From Desulfovibrionales bacterium (GTDB lineage: Bacteria > Desulfobacterota > QYQD01), in the NCBI GenBank assembly GCA_028715605.1, contig JAQURM010000003.1, forward strand, positions 98,810 to 162,809: a stretch of DNA of 64,000 nucleotides, written 5' to 3'. Positions 27,400 through 35,734 of the stretch are shown here, piece after piece. The notes under the pieces are model-generated. The model made no database searches. It was not told the origin of the DNA and saw nothing but the letters and a program-made list of their open reading frames with translations. Positions within the stretch are counted from its first letter, which is position 1, and every line of letters starts with the position of its first letter. The translations under genes were made by a program, and so were the position numbers.

Positions 27400-28176
27400 A
27401 TGTCAAACGGAACGAGTGCAGCAGTAACCGAGGCCGCCCGCCTCAATGAAATTGGATTTCCGGAGTTTACGGCTAAACTGATTACAGATACCTTCGATGC
27501 CCTGGTAAGCGCCAATATACGTCAAACAGAGGCATATATTGAACTGGTTACCCAGGTATCAAAAACCATCACCCAATTCATCAACGACACCAAAGATGAT
27601 ATAAGCGGGGAGATGATCCTGCAGTTTCTGGCCAAAGTCCTTCCGGCCGCCGAGGAGGAATCCGGGACAAAGGTGAAAGAGGGGGGCACACTTACCGAAC
27701 AGGAAGCCACCACTATCACCAGTGCTGTGGCTGTAGCAGGAGATGAGGCCAATAATCCTGCCATTAGCCAGGGCGACATCGATAAGAGCAAGTATCAGTC
27801 AATCCTGGACGCCGTAGCCCGTCGTATTTCTGCCGACAAATACACCATGCTCAAAGAAATGGTCAAGATGGGCATCCTCCGGCTGGTAGTCGAGAACGGG
27901 GTAATCGAAACCCGGCTCACCTTTACCACGTACGGCTCGACCTTCTATCAAAAGCAAACGAGTAAATACCACCGCGATGCCTTCAGCTTCCGCGCCAAGG
28001 CCAAGACCGGATCTCTTGTCAGTCTGTGGGCCAAGGCCTCGGCATCTACGTCGTACAACAGCGTCAATATAAGCACGTCTAAAGAGACCAACCGCGATAT
28101 ATCCGGCAGCCGGGTACAGATTTACGGCCGGGTGGAGATTAATTTCAAAACCGATTATCAGCCTCTGACGGCGTAA
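27400..28176 (+). CDS. Hypothetical protein, paralog A of an unassigned three-member family (258 aa)
   Basis: RBS GGAGG. N-terminal motif EIGFPEFTAKLITDTFDALV and C-terminal motif GRVEINFKT, shared with the next two ORFs. Confidence 0.6.
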   Translation: MSNGTSAAVTEAARLNEIGFPEFTAKLITDTFDALVSANIRQTEAYIELVTQVSKTITQFINDTKDDISGEMILQFLAKVLPAAEEESGTKVKEGGTLTEQEATTITSAVAVAGDEANNPAISQGDIDKSKYQSILDAVARRISADKYTMLKEMVKMGILRLVVENGVIETRLTFTTYGSTFYQKQTSKYHRDAFSFRAKAKTGSLVSLWAKASASTSYNSVNISTSKETNRDISGSRVQIYGRVEINFKTDYQPLTA

Positions 28177-28186
28177 GGGTATCCCG

Positions 28187-28894
28187 ATGCCAAGCCCCAT
28201 CACTAAACCGGCGGAGGTGGGTTTTGCCGAGTTTACCGGCCAGCTCATCTCTGAAACCTTCCAGGCTGTGGTTCGTTCCCTGGTTCAACAGGAGAAAGAG
28301 GTCAGGGACATGGAGCAAATCGCAGCCCTGGAACCGGCGGATTTCGCCAGGCTCTATATTACCGAAGATATGCTGAGAGCCGAGATTGTTCGCTTGTTTC
28401 CATCTAAGGAGGGCAAAGAGACCGAAAGCTCTATATATCCAGGCTCCCCTTATACCCTACAGGATGAGAAACAGGCCGAGGACCCGCCTGTATTCATACT
28501 TACCGGCTACCGTATAACCGGGAAAGACTTGGAAAAGGATCGCGAAACCGGAAATCTTAAAATAAGTAAAGTTGGTTATGCGCATATTAAAGAGATTATC
28601 CAATCCATGCTGGCCGCCGGCTATAGGGACACCCTTCTCCTCATGTTTCAAAAGGGCATACCCAGGGTTATGATTGATCATGGAAAAATCAATACCAAAC
28701 TTTCATTTTATCTGACTAACGTTATGGAAAAGGGAGAGGAGACCAAATCCAAACTGCCTGCGGCCTTTATATCTAAGCTATCCCTGCCCAGACTGACGGT
28801 CAAGCCGGTGAGTAATCGTACCCCGGAATTTCTAACTCTCAAGATCGATGTTATTGGAGAGGTCGAGATAACATTTAAAACCATAAGCGCTTAA
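28187..28894 (+). CDS. Hypothetical protein, paralog B (235 aa)
   Basis: N-terminal EVGFAEFTGQLISETFQAVV and C-terminal GEVEITFKT. Separated from paralog A by 10 nt. Confidence 0.6.
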   Translation: MPSPITKPAEVGFAEFTGQLISETFQAVVRSLVQQEKEVRDMEQIAALEPADFARLYITEDMLRAEIVRLFPSKEGKETESSIYPGSPYTLQDEKQAEDPPVFILTGYRITGKDLEKDRETGNLKISKVGYAHIKEIIQSMLAAGYRDTLLLMFQKGIPRVMIDHGKINTKLSFYLTNVMEKGEETKSKLPAAFISKLSLPRLTVKPVSNRTPEFLTLKIDVIGEVEITFKTISA

Positions 28895-28923
28895 TCTGAT
28901 CGCTTACAGCTCCTTATAAGATT

Positions 28924-29385
28924 ATGCCATACAAAGATACGAAAATAACTGCAAAGACCAGAGACATTTTTCTGACGGAGACGATATTATCTATCCACCA
29001 TGACGTCCAGAGCGCCATCGATTACATAAGCGAGGTGTCCGGCCGCGAGTCCACAGAATTGGGAAAGAGCCCGGCGGTTATGGGAATTGAAAAAGTAAGG
29101 ATCAGGCTCCCCATCATTTTCGAGACAGAGCAGAAAGAGCATAAGGTAGATGAAAAACCGGCTGTCTTTGACATCAAGACCATTGTAGGTAATCTGGCGC
29201 GGCGGAAGGGTTTTCTCATAGACAAGGGGGCGCCGGGTAAACGCGGCCTATATACCAAGGTAAAGTTAATACACCCAAAAGCGGCGGAGACAGCAGGAGC
29301 CGGAGAAGAAGGACCACCGAAGCAGCAGCTCGTAGGTGAGATAGAGATTATTTTTGCCCCCTTGGGCCGGGAAGAGTCCGAATAG
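28924..29385 (+). CDS. Hypothetical protein, shorter paralog C (153 aa)
   Basis: Shares only the C-terminal strand motif GEIEIIFAP. Confidence 0.5.
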   Translation: MPYKDTKITAKTRDIFLTETILSIHHDVQSAIDYISEVSGRESTELGKSPAVMGIEKVRIRLPIIFETEQKEHKVDEKPAVFDIKTIVGNLARRKGFLIDKGAPGKRGLYTKVKLIHPKAAETAGAGEEGPPKQQLVGEIEIIFAPLGREESE

Positions 29386-29433
29386 GTGTTTCACGGCTCG
29401 ATCTGACCTCTGACGAATCTTACGGAGGGGATT

Positions 29434-29763
29434 ATGCATCTAATAACATCCTTCCGGCACCTGGAAATCAGAAAAATATCTTGTGTTGCTGTTTTGTTTC
29501 TCGCCTTGGTATTTTTTCTCCCATCCACAGTGCTGGCCGGTAAGTTACAAGGGACAGTCATCGGCCGGAAGGGAGACCTTAAAAAATACGTGAGAATCAG
29601 CTTAGTTGGCCGCGAATCCAGGACCACATTTACCAACGGCAGGGGAATTTTTGCCTTAGACGCACCCAATGGAAGATATGGAATGACTATATTTGAGAAA
29701 GGCAACGAACAGACATTTGCAGTTGAAATACCCGGCAGGTGGAAATTTCAGGTTGATTGGTAG
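29434..29763 (+). CDS. Secreted small protein with a CarboxypepD_reg-like beta-sandwich domain
   Basis: Signal peptide (VAVLFLALVFFLPSTVLAG), then GTVIGRKGD...NGRGIFAL..PNGRYGMTI. Confidence 0.55.
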   Translation: MHLITSFRHLEIRKISCVAVLFLALVFFLPSTVLAGKLQGTVIGRKGDLKKYVRISLVGRESRTTFTNGRGIFALDAPNGRYGMTIFEKGNEQTFAVEIPGRWKFQVDW

Positions 29764-29777
29764 GCGAAGGCAAGGCT

Positions 29778-30587
29778 ATGTCACAGGAACAAAATAATAA
29801 GACAAACGACAAAAGAAAAGATGCCTGGGACAAGGCAGATATCGTTATAAAGGGAATCGGCATAGCCGTCATTTCCGGGGCCATTACCCTCTACGGCATC
29901 TGGGCAAACAATAGCCGGGAAAGAGAGGCCGAGATCAACCGGAAATCCCAGCTTTTTGTACAGACTATGAGCAACCGGGAGGCCTCGGAGTCCAACCTGA
30001 GGGCCAAGATGTTTGAACAGCTCATGAATCATTATTTTGAAAAAAAAGACGAAGAGGCCCAACTCCTATTTTTAAAACTTATTGCCCTCAATTTTCAGGA
30101 ATACCTGAACGTCAAGCCCCTCTTTGAACACCTGGCCAGAAAACTGACCTCAAGCCTGCACAGGATGGAACTCCGGAGAGTAGCCAAGGATACGATCGGC
30201 CGCCAGATTGCGGAACTGGAAGGAAGCGGGGGCGAGGTATGGGAGGAGCCGGGTTGGCTTGAGAAAGGTAAGGTTACTCCCGCCGGACCGCTGCAATTGG
30301 AATTATTAGGGGTAAGCGAAGACCGTATTCGCATAAAAACATTGCCGGAAGATGAAGACGGATTCGAGGTGACATACTTCGATATGCCTTATGTGGACAA
30401 TAGTACTATAAATGCCATGAGATATTCTGTAGTGCTCGCAGGAATAGACTTAAAAGGGGAAAGGGCTAAGATAAAGATAGTCATTTTCCCGGAGAATTAC
30501 CTGAGTCCGAGAGACAGGCCGCGCATGGACTGCCTGATTACCGATCTTCTTAAAAACCAGGAGGCGCCTGCCCCTGTAAAGAAGTAA
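29778..30587 (+). CDS. Single-pass membrane protein of unknown function (holin/anchor-like N-terminus plus a roughly 220-aa soluble domain)
   Basis: ATG at 29778, after the previous stop. TM helix IVIKGIGIAVISGAITLYGIW. Confidence 0.5.
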   Translation: MSQEQNNKTNDKRKDAWDKADIVIKGIGIAVISGAITLYGIWANNSREREAEINRKSQLFVQTMSNREASESNLRAKMFEQLMNHYFEKKDEEAQLLFLKLIALNFQEYLNVKPLFEHLARKLTSSLHRMELRRVAKDTIGRQIAELEGSGGEVWEEPGWLEKGKVTPAGPLQLELLGVSEDRIRIKTLPEDEDGFEVTYFDMPYVDNSTINAMRYSVVLAGIDLKGERAKIKIVIFPENYLSPRDRPRMDCLITDLLKNQEAPAPVKK

Positions 30588-30596
30588 TGGAGACTG

Positions 30597-30680
30597 TTAA
30601 GCAGTTCAAGCAGTTCAAGCAGCTCAAACAGATCAAACAGTTTAAACAGCTTAAACGGTTTAAGCTGCTGTATTAAATTC
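30597..30680. repeat. Degenerate 9-bp tandem repeat (8-9 units, TTCAAGCAG / NTCAAACAG)
   Basis: gttaagcag ttcaagcag ttcaagcag ctcaaacag atcaaacag tttaaacag cttaaacgg tttaagctg. A related array lies at 50505-50565. Confidence 0.8.
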
Positions 30681-30697
30681 CGTCAAAAGGTGGCTAT

Positions 30698-31417
30698 ATG
30701 TTTCTCAAAAGAGGGAGCCAGGGCCGCCTGGTAAAAAACCTACAGGAAAGACTTAATGAACTGGGTTATGAAGCCGGGGAGGTTGACGGCTTTTTCGGGC
30801 CGAATACGGAAAAGGCGGTTTTAAGATTCCAGCAGGATAAGAAGATAGATGCCGATGGTATCGTAGGCAATCAGACCTGGCAGGCCCTGTTTGCAGAGGC
30901 CATACCCGAAACAGCCACTTCTCTGGATACACCGCCTTCTGAGGCATTATGCTTCGATATCTTCGGAGACTTCAGATTGGCCGGCTGGTCTGAACATAAC
31001 CTGGTGCGCTGCGACCTGTCGGAATGGAAAGATGCCTTCCGCCACGTCTATTACAAGACCGCGACAGAGACCATAAGGATATTTGAACATACAGACTGGT
31101 TCGGGTTCCGGACCCACCGCCTTATAGTTCCGCAATTGCGGCTGGCCTTTAAAAACCTGGCCGGGCGCGGCTTATCAAATGATCTCAAGACCTTTGACGG
31201 GTGTTTTAACCCCAGACTGAAACGGGGCGGGTCCACCTGGTCCGTCCACTCCTGGGCCATAGCCATAGATGTAAATGCCGCCTGGAATGCCTTTGGGCAA
31301 AGAGACTTCGAAATGTCGAAAGAGTTCGCCGCCTGCTTTGAGGACGTTGGCTTCATTTGGGGCGGAAGATGGTCAAAACCGGACGCCATGCACTTCCAGT
31401 ACTGTATGGACAGGTAG
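30698..31417 (+). CDS. Endolysin-like cell-wall hydrolase: PG_binding_1 domain plus LAS/M15-type metallopeptidase
   Basis: LQERLNELGY..GEVDGFFGPNTEKAV..FQ PG-binding repeat. C-terminal HSWAIAID (HxxxxxxD) with terminal DAMHFQY His. Confidence 0.8.
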   Translation: MFLKRGSQGRLVKNLQERLNELGYEAGEVDGFFGPNTEKAVLRFQQDKKIDADGIVGNQTWQALFAEAIPETATSLDTPPSEALCFDIFGDFRLAGWSEHNLVRCDLSEWKDAFRHVYYKTATETIRIFEHTDWFGFRTHRLIVPQLRLAFKNLAGRGLSNDLKTFDGCFNPRLKRGGSTWSVHSWAIAIDVNAAWNAFGQRDFEMSKEFAACFEDVGFIWGGRWSKPDAMHFQYCMDR

Positions 31418-31529
31418 GGTGATTACGGCAGGTATAAAGAACGGCCAGGCGCAGGTGTAAAATGACGGGGGAAAGCGGAGCGCAGATTTTGAAAGGCCCA
31501 AGAATGAATACTCTCCAGGAGGTGAAAAC

Positions 31530-32051
31530 ATGACAGAATTTGTCGTTAATCCACACCGGTGTGATCCTTATAAGCAATTCAAATTCCGTATCAAGTGGGA
31601 TGGGAAATATATTGCCGGAGTCTCAAAGGTAAGCGCCCTTAAGCGGATAACCGAGGTCGTGACCCACCGCGAGGGTGGGAGTCCTAATACCGTCCATAAA
31701 TCGCCGGCACAAACCGTATACGAGCCCATTATTCTCGGCAGAGGCCGGACACACGACCCGGAATTCGAGAAGTGGGCCAATAAAGTCTGGAACCCCGGGG
31801 CAGGATCAGGGGCGGAAGTCTCTCTAAAGGACTTCCGGAAGGATATAATTATAGAGCTTTACAATGAGGCCGGGCAGCTTGCTATGGCCTTCACGGTATA
31901 TCGTTGCTGGCCTTCTGAATACGTGGCCTTGAGTGAGCTCAATGCCAACGACAGCTCCGTGGCGTTTGAGTCCATAACGCTTCAGCACGAAGGCTGGGAG
32001 CGTGATTACGAAGTTACCGAGCCTATGGAACCGTCATTCACCGAACCATGA
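31530..32051 (+). CDS. Contractile-tail tube protein homolog (T4 gp19 / TIGR02241 'phage tail region protein' family)
   Basis: RBS AGGAGGTG. QFKFRIKWDG..AGVSKVSAL..ITEVVTHREGG ... WPSEYVALSELNANDSSVAFESITLQHEGWER matches the N- and C-terminal signature strands of eCIS/phage tube proteins. Confidence 0.8.
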   Translation: MTEFVVNPHRCDPYKQFKFRIKWDGKYIAGVSKVSALKRITEVVTHREGGSPNTVHKSPAQTVYEPIILGRGRTHDPEFEKWANKVWNPGAGSGAEVSLKDFRKDIIIELYNEAGQLAMAFTVYRCWPSEYVALSELNANDSSVAFESITLQHEGWERDYEVTEPMEPSFTEP

Positions 32052-32064
32052 AGGGGGTAAAAAA

Positions 32065-34401
32065 ATGAATGAAAAAGGTAAAAAAAAGAATGAGTTGACG
32101 CTGACCGTCAAGGTGCGTCTGGAACAGGCTAAAGGCAAGGAGCTTCCGGAGGTCGTGGTTTACGCCTTTGACCAGACCGGCCAGTTTCTTACCGCTGCCA
32201 AACTACCAAAGGGCGAGCAGGCCGAGGTCAGGCTGGATCTACCCATAGGGTTGCGAGGTACAACCGTACGAGCCATTCTCGGTCCACCCCTGGCTGCGGA
32301 AGACGAAGATGTGCCATCCTGGATGGCCATACTGATGCGCAGGGGCAAGGAACAAAAGGAAGTACCATCGTCAGCCGTCCTCGTACAGAGGGGGGCATAC
32401 GAGAAGCGCGCCCGTATGCATACGGAGCACGAGGTGCTCAGTGTAGCGGTTTTTCCCCATGACTGGACAAAGTGGCTTCGATGTTTATGTACGGTGCAGG
32501 GTAGAGTAGTCAAACGCATGGCCCTGCCGGACGGCACAACCAAAGACCTGGGTGTCTGTCACGCCTGCGTCAAGATCTATGAGGTGGACAAGTTTCCTAA
32601 ATTGATTGCGCGTCTGCCGGAGCGTGACCTTTTCCGGCTGAGGGATGATCTGTGGCGCCGCTTCAGGCAGTGGCCTCCCGAAGAATTGCCGTTTGAATAC
32701 AAACCCAGGGTTTGGCCGTCTCCGCCGCCCCCGCCACCCGAACGTACCCAAATGTCCGGCATCTCCTCTCTCGAAGCTGTCTCAGCCGTGGCCATTAACC
32801 CCCAACCTGAACCTCCGATTGAGGCCCTTGGAAAGGGAACAGTAATTACCCCCATAAATAGTCAGATACAGACGGAGCTTGAACCAATCCTCCTCGCCGT
32901 ATCCGCCACTGAACTGCGGTCGGCCCTGGTTGCCAAGGCAGACATACTGGTCCGTTTCGCCTGTCTCTGGGAATGGCTTTACTCCTATTTCCACACGGAC
33001 CTGATCAAGTGTGCCTGCACGGATGAACAGGGTCGCTTTCAGACGACCGTCTCGTATCCCTGTGGCGGTGATAAGCCCGATCTCTACTTCAAGGTGATGC
33101 AGTGTATCGATGGCGCTTTGCACACCTTATACGACCCGGGGGTGGCATGTCACACCTACTGGAACTACGAATGCGGGAGTGAGGTAACCCTTGAGGTCAC
33201 CGATCCGGCGGCCAGGGTCTGCGTGCCGACGGATCCTGTAGAAGTGCCGGCCGGCGTCTCTCTCTGGGTGATGCCTTATGCCGTGGGCGGCATCAGTCTG
33301 GATCGGATCAAGCCTAACTGGCAAAAGAACCTAACATGGCATGTGGCTGATCCGGATCCCACTAAGCGTGGTCTCACCGATTACGGAAGCATCGTAGATG
33401 CCCCGTTCGGCGGCTGGCTCGGTTTCCGTCATGGTTACGCCAGCAGCATTCCCACCCCTGCCCTGTATTACTACCGCTGGCGCTACAAAAAAGAAGGCGA
33501 AGCCGAGTGGCACGATTTCAGCGAACCTGTGGTGCGTCACTACGTCAAGGAAATGCCGGGAAAGCTGCCTACCTTCCCGGTCTGCACCCTGGGGCCAAAG
33601 GGGGTGGACGGCAAGAACCTGTACCGTTTCAAACCGCATGATCCATCCGAGTGTGGCGATTTTATCCCAGGTGGCACCAATTACTGGCCCACCGATGACT
33701 GGTTCGGCGACATCTACACCGGCTTTCTGAATTCACCCGGCCTGCCCGGGGGCGTGGACACCTCGGCCGGTAAGTACAAGATAAAGCTGGAGGTCTATGA
33801 CCAGGCAGGCAACCGTGTCACTTCCGGGCCGGGGACCTTTCAGTTTATTGTGCCTACGGGCGTGGCAGATGATGGCGTGACCATCGAGACCCGGCTGGCT
33901 GATGCCGCCGAAATCGAGAGCGATGGTTTTGTCTTTTATCTGCACATAGACAACCGGAAGTGCACGGCTATCATTGACGCGCCGACTATTGGCGGCGTTT
34001 CGGCAGGTGACGTGTGCGGATTCCTCCGCTACACGCCGGGCGATTCCACCCCGGTGCACATCGCCTTCCACGCCGTGCATACGGCCAATTTTGCCACATT
34101 CTCTTTTTCGGTCACACGCGGCGCCACTCCGGTGAGCAACGTCGGTGGCGAGGTGGCGGCCGGCTCTGTAGCGGATAAGACCACGGCTCCGTCGGACCAC
34201 AGTTACACGGGCGACGGCAACGGCAACTTCCAGCATGATTTTCCAACCGGCCGCCTGCTGGGGCCGTGTGCGGAGGCCGCCTTTGCCGAGGTTCTGAACG
34301 TGGATGCCAAGGCCACCAATGGCTGGCGGCGGCTTGACGAATATGATGCGGACGCGGTCCGCGCCTTCGCCCTAGCCCCGGAGACAGGCGATGAGACATA
34401 A
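32065..34401 (+). CDS. Large Cys-rich protein (778 aa): Lys-rich N-terminus, beta-sandwich-like domains, PPPPPP linker
   Basis: ATG at 32065 behind AAGGGGG. No signal peptide. PSPPPPPPE linker. Many Cys residues (CACTDEQGRFQ..CGGDKPDLYF..C..C). No catalytic motif I recognise. Confidence 0.65.
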   Translation: MNEKGKKKNELTLTVKVRLEQAKGKELPEVVVYAFDQTGQFLTAAKLPKGEQAEVRLDLPIGLRGTTVRAILGPPLAAEDEDVPSWMAILMRRGKEQKEVPSSAVLVQRGAYEKRARMHTEHEVLSVAVFPHDWTKWLRCLCTVQGRVVKRMALPDGTTKDLGVCHACVKIYEVDKFPKLIARLPERDLFRLRDDLWRRFRQWPPEELPFEYKPRVWPSPPPPPPERTQMSGISSLEAVSAVAINPQPEPPIEALGKGTVITPINSQIQTELEPILLAVSATELRSALVAKADILVRFACLWEWLYSYFHTDLIKCACTDEQGRFQTTVSYPCGGDKPDLYFKVMQCIDGALHTLYDPGVACHTYWNYECGSEVTLEVTDPAARVCVPTDPVEVPAGVSLWVMPYAVGGISLDRIKPNWQKNLTWHVADPDPTKRGLTDYGSIVDAPFGGWLGFRHGYASSIPTPALYYYRWRYKKEGEAEWHDFSEPVVRHYVKEMPGKLPTFPVCTLGPKGVDGKNLYRFKPHDPSECGDFIPGGTNYWPTDDWFGDIYTGFLNSPGLPGGVDTSAGKYKIKLEVYDQAGNRVTSGPGTFQFIVPTGVADDGVTIETRLADAAEIESDGFVFYLHIDNRKCTAIIDAPTIGGVSAGDVCGFLRYTPGDSTPVHIAFHAVHTANFATFSFSVTRGATPVSNVGGEVAAGSVADKTTAPSDHSYTGDGNGNFQHDFPTGRLLGPCAEAAFAEVLNVDAKATNGWRRLDEYDADAVRAFALAPETGDET

Positions 34402-34439
34402 TAACCGGAGGATTTCAAATAAGAAGGAGGTAAAAAGCT

Positions 34440-35633
34440 ATGCATAAGCCGAGGTTTTTAAGAAGTCTGGTGTTCATTGGATTAATGGTACTGGCAATGG
34501 CAGGCAGTGTTTTTGCCCAGCACGACGTATACCTGGAAACCCCAAATACTGTCCCTTCATATTGTCAGGAAACAAATATCTGGTGTGGTGCGGCCACTAC
34601 ACAGATGATCCTGGAAGGATATCCGGGCGGAACCGAACATCCATTTACGCAAACGCATATCTGGAACAGGATTCAGGCCCACAGGGATGACCTGGCGGTA
34701 AACTGGGCCACAGACCCTGATGGGCTGAGGGATACACTTATGGAGCTTGGCGGGGACCCCGGGGTGAGTTGGAATATCTATGCCAACTCCAATGCCCAGT
34801 CGTTGATGTACTCTGTCAGCTATTGGATGACCAGACGACAGTTCCCGACGGCCGTATTGGTCTATGGCTTTCAGCATTGGGTCATGATTGACGGCTTCAC
34901 AACAGATGTGAATCCTACTACAAATGCTACAATAAATCTCCAGTCGATCGAGATTGTTGATCCTGGAAACTTTCCCTGTCCGACGGCCTCTTCCGGCGGC
35001 GTGCGATCCTTAATGACCGGAGCCAACTGGTACGCCAATTACTGGTACACGCCGGGCAATATCGCGGCCAGTAAGTGGAACGGCAACTATGTCGCCGTAA
35101 TTGAACCGCCCGCCAAAGAGGGTGTAGCCAAGGCGCCCAGGCAGGTGGAAGAAGGACGTATAATCTCTGAGGGCGCCGCCAAAGAGCATGCCATGAGATG
35201 GTTTAAGGAACTTCGCCTGGAAAAACGGGCGCCCTATGCCGTACTGCGGCAGACCAAGGGACTTCAGCCGCTCCTGGTGAATCCAAAACGCAAGGGGTAT
35301 TTCCTGGTCCCCCTGGGCTATAGTGAAGGGGAACTAAGCCAGGGAGCGATCCTTGTAAATGCGTACGATGGGAGTTTTCAGGAGGTGGGTGTCTTTCAAA
35401 GACCTCTCAAGTACCTCTCCAGGGATCAGGCCATACGGATTGCCCGCAACTACCTGTGCGCCTGCAAGGATAAGCGGCTAAGAGTTCAGGCCCAGCTCAT
35501 GTTTCAACCTTCGGAGCAGACCCAAAGCCGGTTTATGCCCTTATGGGAGGTTATGGTGGACAGAGTCACTCTCTATATCACCCAGGAGGGCAAGGTATTT
35601 GAGAAGCTGACTCCGCTTCCACTGGGAGATTAA
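34440..35633 (+). CDS. Secreted papain-fold (C39-like) cysteine peptidase domain protein
   Basis: RBS GAAGGAGG. Sec signal peptide. NIWCGAATTQMILEGY Cys motif, comparable to CGTAALAGVLHYYG of the 1053 gene, and a downstream His in FQHWVMIDGF. Confidence 0.6.
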   Translation: MHKPRFLRSLVFIGLMVLAMAGSVFAQHDVYLETPNTVPSYCQETNIWCGAATTQMILEGYPGGTEHPFTQTHIWNRIQAHRDDLAVNWATDPDGLRDTLMELGGDPGVSWNIYANSNAQSLMYSVSYWMTRRQFPTAVLVYGFQHWVMIDGFTTDVNPTTNATINLQSIEIVDPGNFPCPTASSGGVRSLMTGANWYANYWYTPGNIAASKWNGNYVAVIEPPAKEGVAKAPRQVEEGRIISEGAAKEHAMRWFKELRLEKRAPYAVLRQTKGLQPLLVNPKRKGYFLVPLGYSEGELSQGAILVNAYDGSFQEVGVFQRPLKYLSRDQAIRIARNYLCACKDKRLRVQAQLMFQPSEQTQSRFMPLWEVMVDRVTLYITQEGKVFEKLTPLPLGD

Positions 35634-35734
35634 AAAAACTATGATTATGGGGTTGCCGGAAGCGCTTGAAGATATTGTTATGCAGTGCCGCGAGACCGGC
35701 AACCCCTGCAATGGCCTGGATATGGTGAATAAAA

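Noticed and set aside
30597-30680. CRISPR array
   Set aside because: The units are 9 bp, contiguous and degenerate, with no spacers and no cas genes in the window.
27400-35633. Complete eCIS/tailocin or prophage
   Set aside because: Only a tube homolog and a lysis-type hydrolase are present. Sheath, baseplate, spike, tape-measure, AAA ATPase, capsid, terminase and integrase are all absent in the window.
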